A DNA stretch of 54,733 bases from Acidobacteriota bacterium (GTDB lineage: Bacteria > Acidobacteriota > CAIWXX01). The translations under genes were made by a program, and so were the position numbers. Under the pieces are notes generated by a model, which saw only the letters and a list, made by a program, of their open reading frames with translations, searched no databases and had not been told where the DNA came from. Of the stretch, positions 18,611 through 27,885 are shown piece by piece; the stretch's first letter is position 1; every line of letters starts with the position of its first letter. The stretch lies in contig JBFMAF010000005.1 in assembly GCA_040755995.1 (NCBI GenBank), positions 1 through 54,733 of the forward strand, given 5' to 3'.

Positions 18611-19273
18611 ATGAGAGTACTCATTGCAGACGACGATCCCGTAACTCGAAGCCTGCTGGAGTCCCACCTTACTGAATGGGGATACGACGTAACGGGTTGT
18701 GCGGATGCTGCGGAGGCGTGGCGGATCCTACAAGAGAATGATGGCCCAAGACTGGTGCTTCTGGACTGGACGATGCCAATGATGGATGGGCTGGCCGTTT
18801 GCCGCGAGGTTCGTGATTTGGCGAAGGACGACTACCTCTACGTCATCTTGTTGACTGCTCGAGGGGAGAGAGAGGACATAGTTGAGGGCTTGGAAGCTGG
18901 CGCGGATGATTACATCATCAAGCCCTTCGACCGCCATGAGCTAAGAGCTCGCGTCGGGATCGGACGGAGAATCCTGGAGCTGCAATCTCGGCTGGTTGCT
19001 TCCAACAACGAGCCGAAACAGGTCGATGCAGACCTCACGGACGCTCTTGCCACTGAAAAGAAACTGAGCGGTTTCTTGCCCATTTGCGCCACCTGCAAGA
19101 AGATTCGCGATGACAACGGCCGCTGGCAACAAGTCGAAATCTATGTGCGGGATCACTCGGAGGCACAATTCAGTCACAGCATGTGTCCAGATTGCGCTGG
19201 GAAGATCTATGCTGAGTTTTACCGGCGAGCACAGGTGTTGGGGGACCCAACGGGCGTGGACACGAGAGCCTGA
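18611..19273 (+). CDS. response regulator (REC plus C-terminal Cys/His domain)
   Basis: IADDD, LLDWTMP, LTA, DDYIIKP; C-terminal LPICATCKKIRDD...FSHSMCPDC. Confidence 0.92.
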   Translation: MRVLIADDDPVTRSLLESHLTEWGYDVTGCADAAEAWRILQENDGPRLVLLDWTMPMMDGLAVCREVRDLAKDDYLYVILLTARGEREDIVEGLEAGADDYIIKPFDRHELRARVGIGRRILELQSRLVASNNEPKQVDADLTDALATEKKLSGFLPICATCKKIRDDNGRWQQVEIYVRDHSEAQFSHSMCPDCAGKIYAEFYRRAQVLGDPTGVDTRA

Positions 19274-19607
19274 CCTTGCGACGGGGCGCATTTGTTCCGT
19301 CAACCTCTTCGATGCCCTCCTCACCGACCGCGTCCATTCAGGGCCGTTCGCTATAGCCTGATCATCGATGCGCCCTGGCGCAGAGCGATGCTCTGTGACG
19401 TGAAAGCGTGCGGCAATTCATTTCACTTGAATCACCAAGACTGCTAAGATCTAGGTCGCCGACAAGCCACGGTCGGGCAGGCCAGGTGAGCACTAGCCTC
19501 TCTTCCACGTCCTTGAGCGGAAACGGCCCACGGTCTTTGACGTCCTGCAACGGAGGCGGTGCGTGCAGGGTCTGAGACACAGCGTCGCCGGCAGAGAGAA
19601 GGGTATC

Positions 19608-22595
19608 ATGTTTGCCCGCGTCCTCCGCTTGCTGGGGGCGCTCATTATCATGCTACCGCCGTCCCCGCTCACCGGGCTGGATCCGCACAAGGCGATCACG
19701 CAATATGGTCTTGACGTGTGGACGAGAAAGGACGGCCTGCCACAGAACTCCATCACGAGCATCATTCAAACGCGCGACGGGTATCTGTGGTTCGGGACCG
19801 AGGAAGGCCTGGCCCGCTTTGACGGCGTCCGTTTCACACTCTTCAATTCCCGCAACACTCCCGCGCTCGCGGAACAGACCGTCTGCACGCTCTTGGAGGA
19901 CCAGAGCGGAACCCTTTGGATAGGGACTCTGTCCCATCTCGTGTCATATCGCGATGACAAGTGGACATCCTACACGCTGCCGAAAGAGTACGCAGGCCGG
20001 CTGTCCTACTGCCTCTATCAGACCACAAGTGGCGAGTTCTGGGTGGGAAACCGGAAGAAGGTCGGCACGTTTCATGGAGGGACGATTGAGGATTCCCGGG
20101 ACGCGAAGGGGAACACGATCAACGGAGCCATGGCCATCTGTGAAACGAGCGACGGCAGCGCGTGGTTTGCTTCCCGGGGTCTCTACAGCCTGAAGGGTGG
20201 TGCATACTCGCCGATATGTGTTACCCCATCAGGCATCCTGTTGTCGTGCATGGTGACCAGTCCAGGTGGCGCGATCTGGTTCGGCACGTACGGGGCAGGG
20301 CTGGGCCACCTCGAAAAGGGGAGATGTTCCTATCTCACCACCAGAGACGGCCTCGCCAGCGATCTGGTCAGCACCCTTCTCTTCGACCGGAATGGGAATC
20401 TGTGGATCGGCACGGTCGATGGCGGGTTGCAGCGATTGAGCGGTGGCTCGCTCAGCACTCTGACCGACACCAACGGTCTCTCCAGCAGTCAGATCTACTG
20501 TCTGTATGAGGACCGCGAGGGAAGCCTCTGGGTCGGCACCAACGGCGGAGGGCTGAACCGGTTGAGAGATGGCAGGTGCACGACATACTCGACCACGGAA
20601 GGCCTGAAAGGAAGTTTTGTCCAGGCTGTCTCTGAAGGAACGGACGGCTCAGTATGGATTGGTACGAATGATGGGGGCCTCAGTCGCCTCAAGGATGGGA
20701 AGTTCATCGCAAACTACTCGACGAAGGACAGCCTTTCGAATGAGTCAGTGACCTGCCTGTTGAACGACCGGTATGGCGTACTGTGGATCGGCACAGGAGG
20801 CGGTGGCCTGCATCAATTGATCGATGGAAAGATTCGACCCTTTCCTCGAGAAAGAGGATATCCAGGACCTTTACTGTTCACCATCTACGAGGATCACGCC
20901 GGTGGGCTCTGGATCGGAACAGACGCGGGCCTTTGGCAGATGCGAGATCAGCGACTCAATCGGGTTTCGGGGTTCGGTGAATCCCCGATTTGCATGGAGG
21001 AAGACAGCCAGGGGACGCTCTGGATCGGTACGAACCACGGTGGCTTGAAGGGCCTCGCCAATGGACAGCTGATCTCGTTCACTACAAAGGAAGGGCTCTC
21101 AAACGACATCGTGGTGTGTATCCATGAGGATGAGACCGGGGCGCTTTGGATAGGGACAGCGGGCGGCGGGCTGAATCGTCTTCAGTGCAACAAGCTCACT
21201 CGTATCACGACACGAGACGGCCTCTTCAGCGATTCCGTCTATCAAATAATGCAGGACGCACGGGGAAACCTCTGGATGGGCTGCAACAACGGCATCTTCT
21301 ATGCGAGCCTCAAGGAGCTCAACCAGTTCGCTGAAGGGCTCGTCAAGTCTGTCAAGTGCGTTTCCTTCGATGAGTCCGATGGGATGAGGAACAGAGAGTG
21401 CAACGGTGGCGGCCAGAACTATGCTCTGAAGGCCAGGGATGGTTCGCTCTGGTTTGCGACTGTGGACGGTGTCGTGCGAATCGATCCGGAGCAGGTCGCG
21501 ACAAACACGCTCCCTCCGCCGGTACACCTCGAACAGCTGGTCGTCAACGGCCGCGTCGTGGGCGGCGGGGGCAGCGGCTTCCCCGCCGTTCTACCGCCGG
21601 GGAGCAACAGGCTCGAGTTCCGATACACGGGTCTCAGCTTTCTGAAGCCCCTGAAAGTGCAGTTCCGCTACAAGCTGGACGGTCTAGACGCCGACTGGAT
21701 CGCGGCGGGATCGCGCAGGGAGGCCTTCTACACCAATGTCCCGCCGGGAAAGTACACATTTCGAGTCATCGCCACCAACAGCGATGGCGTCCGGAACGAT
21801 AGGGGCGCGTGGCTGGATTTCCGCATCCGGCCACACTTCTACCAGACGCCATGGTTCTATGCCCTGCTGACCTTACCCGTGATCGGGGCCGTGTTCGCCG
21901 TGCACCGCTATCGGCTGCAGCGGGTGCTCGAGCTGGAGCGGGTGCGGATGCGTATTGCCGCGGACCTGCACGACGAAGTCGGGGCCGGCCTCACTCGGAT
22001 CGTTATCGTCGGCGAAATGCTGCAACGACAACTCGGTCTGAGTCACGACAAGGCCTCTGAGCTTGCGTCGAACGTCGCGGACATCTCTCGAGGGTTGATC
22101 GACTCGTTGACCGACGTTGTGTGGTTCATCGATCCCAAGATGGATGACGTCCAGAGCCTCATCACCCGCATTCGTAGGTTCTCATCCGACATCCTCGAGG
22201 CAAGAGGCATCAAGTGGGAGCTGTCGGTGCCCGAGGACCTGCCGCGCATTCGAGTCGGTTCCGATCACCGCCGCCAGATACTGCTGATCGTCAAGGAAGC
22301 CGTCAACAACATCGTCCGCTATGCGTCGTGTTCCACGGTTCTAGTCGGTCTCGAGCTTTCGGACGGCAGAATCGTGGGAGAGATCCATGACGACGGACAG
22401 GGGTTCGATTGCCGCATGGTCAAGCCGCGCGGTGGCGGGAGGGGGCTCGCAGGCATGAAGGCCCGAGCCGAACGGCTCGGCGGCACGCTCTCGGTCAGCT
22501 CCGAGCCCGGAAACGGGACTCGTGTGTCTTTCGCGATTCCGTTGACCACGCATCGGCATGCGCTGGCGCGGCGCGTCACTTCACCTCGAACGTGA
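19608..22595 (+). CDS. two-component sensor: Reg_prop beta-propeller, Y_Y_Y and HisKA_3/HATPase domains
   Basis: Many D-x-x-G-x-LWIGT repeats, FRYKL...YTN...GKYTFRV, one TM, RIAADLHDEVG, KEAVNN, DDGQGF, GLAGM. Confidence 0.93.
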   Translation: MFARVLRLLGALIIMLPPSPLTGLDPHKAITQYGLDVWTRKDGLPQNSITSIIQTRDGYLWFGTEEGLARFDGVRFTLFNSRNTPALAEQTVCTLLEDQSGTLWIGTLSHLVSYRDDKWTSYTLPKEYAGRLSYCLYQTTSGEFWVGNRKKVGTFHGGTIEDSRDAKGNTINGAMAICETSDGSAWFASRGLYSLKGGAYSPICVTPSGILLSCMVTSPGGAIWFGTYGAGLGHLEKGRCSYLTTRDGLASDLVSTLLFDRNGNLWIGTVDGGLQRLSGGSLSTLTDTNGLSSSQIYCLYEDREGSLWVGTNGGGLNRLRDGRCTTYSTTEGLKGSFVQAVSEGTDGSVWIGTNDGGLSRLKDGKFIANYSTKDSLSNESVTCLLNDRYGVLWIGTGGGGLHQLIDGKIRPFPRERGYPGPLLFTIYEDHAGGLWIGTDAGLWQMRDQRLNRVSGFGESPICMEEDSQGTLWIGTNHGGLKGLANGQLISFTTKEGLSNDIVVCIHEDETGALWIGTAGGGLNRLQCNKLTRITTRDGLFSDSVYQIMQDARGNLWMGCNNGIFYASLKELNQFAEGLVKSVKCVSFDESDGMRNRECNGGGQNYALKARDGSLWFATVDGVVRIDPEQVATNTLPPPVHLEQLVVNGRVVGGGGSGFPAVLPPGSNRLEFRYTGLSFLKPLKVQFRYKLDGLDADWIAAGSRREAFYTNVPPGKYTFRVIATNSDGVRNDRGAWLDFRIRPHFYQTPWFYALLTLPVIGAVFAVHRYRLQRVLELERVRMRIAADLHDEVGAGLTRIVIVGEMLQRQLGLSHDKASELASNVADISRGLIDSLTDVVWFIDPKMDDVQSLITRIRRFSSDILEARGIKWELSVPEDLPRIRVGSDHRRQILLIVKEAVNNIVRYASCSTVLVGLELSDGRIVGEIHDDGQGFDCRMVKPRGGGRGLAGMKARAERLGGTLSVSSEPGNGTRVSFAIPLTTHRHALARRVTSPRT

Positions 22596-22806
22596 TGCCC
22601 GTCCAGAAGCTCTCGTAGTCCGCGTCCTTGCACTCCTGGCATTCGCGCACGCGAATCCGAAGCGGAGCCACCGGCGCGGTCGTGTGATCGTGCAGAGAGC
22701 TTGACGGCCCGGTCATTTCGTCCTATATGTGAGGTATCGGGTGAGGGAGGTGTAGCCCACCAAGGGGCGCCAGTGCATGGGCAGATCGACAAGGTGGTCA
22801 CAGGCT

Positions 22807-23475
22807 ATGGAGCCTCTGCTCAGCTTGCCACGGGCCAGGCGAGATGACTGGGGAGTGGGGACGCTTTCTCCGGAGGCCGAGGCGCGCTTCATCGAAGGTG
22901 TCGAGTATTGCGGGAGGTTCTTCATGGGCATGGCCGAAGCGCAGAAGGCGCTCTACAGGTTGACCGAGATCCTCGAACGCGAGAACCTACCCTACGCGAT
23001 CATCGGAGCCTTCGCGCTCAACGAGTACGGGCACCGGCGCGTAACTGTCGATGTCGATATCGTCATGCGGGAGGAAGACCTGCAGATTTTCAAGCAATAC
23101 CACCTCGGCAAGGGCTACGCGGAACGTGCACCGGGCACAGGGAAGCTGCTCGACACGGAGTTCGATGTCAACGTGGACGTGTTGAGCACAGGAAGGTTTC
23201 CCGGTGATGACCAACCGAAGCCCATCTCATTCCCGGACCCGGCGTCGGCCGCCGTGCGCGGGAAGCGCTTCGCATTGCTGCCGATGCCTCGATACATAGA
23301 GCTCAAACTCGCCTCCGGTATGGTCGCTCCTCACCGCGGCAGAGACCTCGTGGACATTCAGGATCTTATCAAGGGTGCCGACCTGCCACGCGAGTTCGCC
23401 AACGAGCTGCACCCCTGGGTCCGCGAGAAGTTCCTGGAGATCTGGCAGCTCGCTCAGATCCCCGATCCGTTCTAG
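22807..23475 (+). CDS. nucleotidyltransferase-superfamily protein (AbiEii-like)
   Basis: AIIGAFAL...RRVTVDVDIV (DxD), LKLASG and RGRDLVDI motifs. Start uncertain (22777, 22807 or 22855). Confidence 0.7.
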   Translation: MEPLLSLPRARRDDWGVGTLSPEAEARFIEGVEYCGRFFMGMAEAQKALYRLTEILERENLPYAIIGAFALNEYGHRRVTVDVDIVMREEDLQIFKQYHLGKGYAERAPGTGKLLDTEFDVNVDVLSTGRFPGDDQPKPISFPDPASAAVRGKRFALLPMPRYIELKLASGMVAPHRGRDLVDIQDLIKGADLPREFANELHPWVREKFLEIWQLAQIPDPF

Positions 23476-23683
23476 CTGGAGAAGACAGAGATGGGTCCGA
23501 GCCGTGTGGGCGGGGAGCGCAGATGTATGAGATTCGTGGCCGTTGCTGGAACCGCGGCCCATCGAAGCGTGCAGCAGAATCCGTGCGGCCGGCGCGAACA
23601 GGTGAGTCCAGGCGCGGCGCCCACCACGGTGCGACTGAGAAGATGGGCGCGTTCCGACTGACTGCGCCGCCGGGAGCGACCAG

Positions 23684-25081
23684 ATGCGACCTGAATCGCT
23701 TGCGATTGCCGGCGTAGCGATCGCGGCCGGATGCCTCGCCGCGGAGACGGCTTCACCCACGCTGGACCGGGTCAAGGTTGTGGCCGTGACTGGGGGCGAA
23801 GAGGGGTGCTCGGCCCGGCCGGAGATTGCAGCCACGGCCTCGCGAGTCTTCGTTCTGTATCTGGGACATGTCACAACAGGAACCGCCCGGACATTCGACC
23901 TGAAGATTTTTGACGCCGGTCTCGATGCGGTGCTCGTCACAAAGACGCTGGTTTCGACATCTGCGGAATACGGCGGCCCCACTGACATTCGGATTGCATC
24001 GGAAGGGCAGAGCCTTTACGCATTCTATGAGACAAACAAGCCGAGGTCGCCTTCGACGGGAGTGACGTACCTTTGGGGGGCGAAGTACACCATGGACGAC
24101 GACTTCCCTCGCGTGGCCTATACATCGACCCCCATCGCGACCAGCAGGCCTCTGGCAGAGCTTGAGGATGGGGATGAACTGCTTGATGACCCCGCCCCTC
24201 TGATCGGGCCCAGCAGCGTGTTCGTGATCACTCGCCTCAAGTACTCGTTGTCGACATCGGGCAGAACAGCTTACAGGGTACGCGAGTTCAGCAAGAACGA
24301 TCTCTCCGGGATCCGCACCTACGACGTCGATCTTTCCGATGCGGCGGACGGACGCGCTCGCGTGGCCAGCCTCCTTTTCGACGGCGAGAGCATCTTCATC
24401 GCTCTCGCCACAACAGTTTCAAACCAAGGGACGATGGAGGAGACTGACGACGGTGCCCCATCGGACATCGTGCTGGTCAGGATGAGGCCGGACTGGACCT
24501 ACGATCCCCATCACGACGTCATGACGATCTCGGCCGAACCCGATGACAGAGAGAACTACGTTGCCGGGCTCGAAACGGACGGACAGCATTTCTACATCAC
24601 CTACAAGCAGGCAGTCGGCATTCCGCCATCGGGAGAACAGAGAGCCTGGATCAAGGTCCTTGACCTCAACTTCAACCCGGTTCTCTCCGAAGTAGTGAGG
24701 AGCACAGTGTGGGGACCGGGTGGAGGCGAATTGCGACCATCACTCGAGGTCTTCCAGAACAGGATCTTCTCTGGACAAAGCACTGGAGAGGCATTGGGAT
24801 CCGGGGACGCCGCAGTGTGGGTGTACGAGCTTCAGGATAACGGACGGATCTACGGAACGGTGACCGAGAAGCGCGGCCGTCATGTGGCCCGTGCACGCGT
24901 GAAGCTTTCCGGAGGCGGATCTTCTTGGAAGACGCGGTCGTCCAGCACCGGCCAATACAGTTTGGAAGATATACCATCGGGATCATACACCCTCGGCGCC
25001 AGGAAGCGTGGTGTTGGCCAGGCCAGGAACCGGGTCGTTGTGACCACCGGCTCTACCCGAGTTGACCTGAAACTCAGGTAG
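23684..25081 (+). CDS. exported protein with C-terminal carboxypeptidase-regulatory-like (Ig) domain
   Basis: Signal-like N-terminus; beta-rich body; GRIYGTVTE...ARVKL...GQYSLEDIPSGSYTL. Confidence 0.75.
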   Translation: MRPESLAIAGVAIAAGCLAAETASPTLDRVKVVAVTGGEEGCSARPEIAATASRVFVLYLGHVTTGTARTFDLKIFDAGLDAVLVTKTLVSTSAEYGGPTDIRIASEGQSLYAFYETNKPRSPSTGVTYLWGAKYTMDDDFPRVAYTSTPIATSRPLAELEDGDELLDDPAPLIGPSSVFVITRLKYSLSTSGRTAYRVREFSKNDLSGIRTYDVDLSDAADGRARVASLLFDGESIFIALATTVSNQGTMEETDDGAPSDIVLVRMRPDWTYDPHHDVMTISAEPDDRENYVAGLETDGQHFYITYKQAVGIPPSGEQRAWIKVLDLNFNPVLSEVVRSTVWGPGGGELRPSLEVFQNRIFSGQSTGEALGSGDAAVWVYELQDNGRIYGTVTEKRGRHVARARVKLSGGGSSWKTRSSSTGQYSLEDIPSGSYTLGARKRGVGQARNRVVVTTGSTRVDLKLR

Positions 25082-25169
25082 CCAGGTGAAACGATCGCCC
25101 CAAAGGAGGTTCCGCGTGTCGCAGAGGATTCAGTTGCGCGGCGCCCCTGCGTGCTGTATGTAGATTGGG

Positions 25170-25847
25170 ATGGCGAAGCACATATTGGTGGTGGATGATG
25201 AGAAGGACATCCTGTCCATGCTCTCTTACAACTTGGAGAAGGAGGGCTACCGGGTCACTGCGGTAGGAGCCGGCAAGGCAGCCCTCAGCCGAGCGCGCGA
25301 CCTGCCTGACCTGATCCTGCTCGACGTGATGATGCCCGAAGTGGACGGGCTCGAGGTAGCGCGCCGTCTCAAGCTGGACCCCCTGACCCGCTCGATTCCC
25401 GTCGTGTTCCTGACGGCCCGGGGCAGCGAAATCGACGAAGTGGTGGGGCTCGAGCTGGGTGCCGAGGACTACATCGTCAAGCCCGTGAGCATCCCGAAGC
25501 TCCTGGCCAGAATCCGCGCGATCTTTCGCCGCCACGAGACGGCCGAACCACCGCCGCACCCGCTCCGATTCGCCGACGTCGAAATCGATCCTTCCAGTTA
25601 CAGGATCACCGCCGGCGGCATGGACGTGGCACTCACCAAGAAGGAATTCGAGATCCTGGCCCACCTGGCGGCGCGCCCGGGCAAGGTAGTTACGCGCGAA
25701 GCACTGCTTGACGCGCTGTGGGGCGATGACGTGCACGTGGTCGACCGCACGGTCGACGTCCACATACGTAAGATTCGGGAAAAGCTCGGCCGGCGCGCCG
25801 ATTGGATCGAGACGGTCAAGGGGGTGGGATATCGTATCCGTGCGTAA
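25170..25847 (+). CDS. phoB: OmpR/PhoB-family response regulator (phosphate regulon)
   Basis: VVDDE, LLDVMMP, LTKKEFEIL, DRTVDVHIRKIREKLG, IETVKGVGY; adjacent to phoR and pst genes. Confidence 0.88.
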   Translation: MAKHILVVDDEKDILSMLSYNLEKEGYRVTAVGAGKAALSRARDLPDLILLDVMMPEVDGLEVARRLKLDPLTRSIPVVFLTARGSEIDEVVGLELGAEDYIVKPVSIPKLLARIRAIFRRHETAEPPPHPLRFADVEIDPSSYRITAGGMDVALTKKEFEILAHLAARPGKVVTREALLDALWGDDVHVVDRTVDVHIRKIREKLGRRADWIETVKGVGYRIRA

Positions 25848-25860
25848 CCGGAGGCGGCCA

Positions 25861-27300
25861 ATGAGGATCAGGATACCGAAGACGCTCAGCGCGAGGCTCG
25901 GTCTGCTCACCCTCTTGCTCGTTTCGGGATCGGTCGTGGCCGCGGCATTCATTGCTAGCTGGGAAATCGAGGACTTCTTCAGGCAGCGGTTGATCCAGGA
26001 TCTGCTGCGGCAATCGCACGAGTTCGAGCTGCTCCTGAGGCAGCCGTCACCTCCCTCGTACGAGGCCCTGGCTAGAATGGCGGGCCTGCTTGGGACGCGT
26101 CTGACATTGGTGTCCTCGTCGGGCGTGGTCCTGCTGGACTCCGACGTTCCGGAGAGCCGGCTCGCGGCGCTCGATAATCATATTTCGCGTCCCGAGATCG
26201 TTCAGGCCCAGTTCGAATCTCACGGGTGGAACATCCGCCACAGCCACACCATAGGCACCGACATGCTCTATGTGGCACGCCGGTTGGAATCTCCGTTGCC
26301 CGGCAGGCCTGCCGCGTTCACCCGCGTCGCGGTGCCGCTCTTCGACGTCCATCAGGCGGCCGTGGCCATCCGATGGAAGACCGCCTCTGCGGGTCTGATC
26401 GCGCTCCTGCTCGCGACGCTCGCCGTGGTGGTTTCATCCCGGCGCTTCGTCAAGCCGGTGGCTGAGATGGCTGCGGCAGCCGAAGACATCAAGGCGGGCA
26501 ACCTCGACCGCCCCATCCCGGTCGAAAGGAACGATGAGGTCGGGCGCCTCGGCATCGCCCTCAGGGAGATGGTAGACAAGCTGAGGGCCGACATCACGCA
26601 GATGAAGAAGCTCGAGCGTATGAGGAGCGAGTTTCTGGGGAACGTGTCACACGAGCTGCGGACGCCCATCTTCGCTATCCAGGGATTCATTGAGACGCTT
26701 GTGGGAGGCGCGGTCAACGACCCCAGGGTGAACATCGAGTTCCTGAAGAAGGCCCTCGATCATACGACGCGCCTCAACGCGCTCCTGAACGACCTCATCG
26801 AGATCTCTCGCATAGAGACAGGTGAGATGAAGCTGAGCCTGCGGTACTTCAATGTGGGAGAGATGCTGGAGGGGATCCAGGAGGAGATGAAGCCGCCTGC
26901 CGATCAGAAGTCGATCGCCTTGAACCTGGCGGCGCGCCCGGACAACGCGACCGACGCACTCGGCGATCCCGAGCGTATCAGGCAGGTGATCACCAATCTG
27001 GTGGACAACGCGATCAAGTACACCAATCCAGGAGGGTCCGTAACGATCTCTGCCGCGAACGAAGCGGAGCGGGTGCGGATCGCGGTCGAGGATACTGGGT
27101 GCGGGATATCGAGCGATCACATCCCGCGGATCTTCGAGAGGTTCTACCGCGTCGACAAGGACCGTTCGCGCGAGGCAGGCGGTACCGGTTTGGGACTGGC
27201 GATCGTGAAGCACATCGTGGAGGCCCACGGAAGCCAGGTGAGCGTGGTCTCGACACCAGGGCGCGGAAGCATTTTCAGCTTTGCCCTGAAACGCCGATAG
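25861..27300 (+). CDS. phoR: PhoR-like sensor histidine kinase (2 TM, HAMP, HisKA, HATPase)
   Basis: NVSHELRTP, NLVDNAIKY, FERFYRVDKDRSR, GGTGLGLAIVKH. Confidence 0.88.
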   Translation: MRIRIPKTLSARLGLLTLLLVSGSVVAAAFIASWEIEDFFRQRLIQDLLRQSHEFELLLRQPSPPSYEALARMAGLLGTRLTLVSSSGVVLLDSDVPESRLAALDNHISRPEIVQAQFESHGWNIRHSHTIGTDMLYVARRLESPLPGRPAAFTRVAVPLFDVHQAAVAIRWKTASAGLIALLLATLAVVVSSRRFVKPVAEMAAAAEDIKAGNLDRPIPVERNDEVGRLGIALREMVDKLRADITQMKKLERMRSEFLGNVSHELRTPIFAIQGFIETLVGGAVNDPRVNIEFLKKALDHTTRLNALLNDLIEISRIETGEMKLSLRYFNVGEMLEGIQEEMKPPADQKSIALNLAARPDNATDALGDPERIRQVITNLVDNAIKYTNPGGSVTISAANEAERVRIAVEDTGCGISSDHIPRIFERFYRVDKDRSREAGGTGLGLAIVKHIVEAHGSQVSVVSTPGRGSIFSFALKRR

Positions 27301-27359
27301 CCCCGCGGCTTGGCGCGCCCGCCCGGGGCCTCCGGATCGCGGCCGGCACGATGGCAATC

Positions 27360-27737
27360 TCAAAACTCCAGGAATTCCTCCGGGTAATGAGACAGGTCGA
27401 GTTTTTCTTGCTCAGGGACGAGACGAATTCCCCACTGCTGCATCGCCAGGGCGCCGAAGAGAATCTCGATTGGAGTGCCATCCTCATCCGCCCCAATTCT
27501 GTCGACTACCATCGCGTGCGTCGACACCCGGCGTCCTTCGATCTCGGCTTCAAGAAGCGCTGTCGCCCGGGACTCCTTGGTCTCCCCGCCGAGTGCACTA
27601 CGGAATGGGACTTCGAATCGTGACGTGGTTAGCATAGCCGCCACCTCCGGCACGACATACGTATTCCGCGAGCCGCTGTCAAACAGCGTCCAGCACGCGC
27701 GCCCGTCGACCTTGATCATCCCTCGTATTCTTCCCAC
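27360..27737 (-). CDS. retropepsin-like (clan AA) aspartyl protease
   Basis: TLFDSGS catalytic motif and ILFG motif in a 125-aa protein; purine-rich RBS. Confidence 0.8.
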   Translation of the reverse strand: MGRIRGMIKVDGRACWTLFDSGSRNTYVVPEVAAMLTTSRFEVPFRSALGGETKESRATALLEAEIEGRRVSTHAMVVDRIGADEDGTPIEILFGALAMQQWGIRLVPEQEKLDLSHYPEEFLEF

Positions 27738-27806
27738 GGCCTTCCCCCCCTTGGAACCCGCGACAGTAACAGTATAGCAGCCACGCCACGGGTTCAGTAC
27801 CTCAGA

Positions 27807-27845
27807 TTAACAATTTCTTAACAGTGCGTTTATCTTCACTTCATC
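27807..27845 (+). promoter_or_regulatory. Pho box (four 11-bp-spaced direct repeats)
   Basis: TTAACA 27807, TTAACA 27818, TTTATC 27829, TTCATC 27840, directly upstream of pstC. Confidence 0.75.
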
Positions 27846-27885
27846 AGGATACCCTAATGTTCTCTTTTGAGATCGCAGGAGGGAG

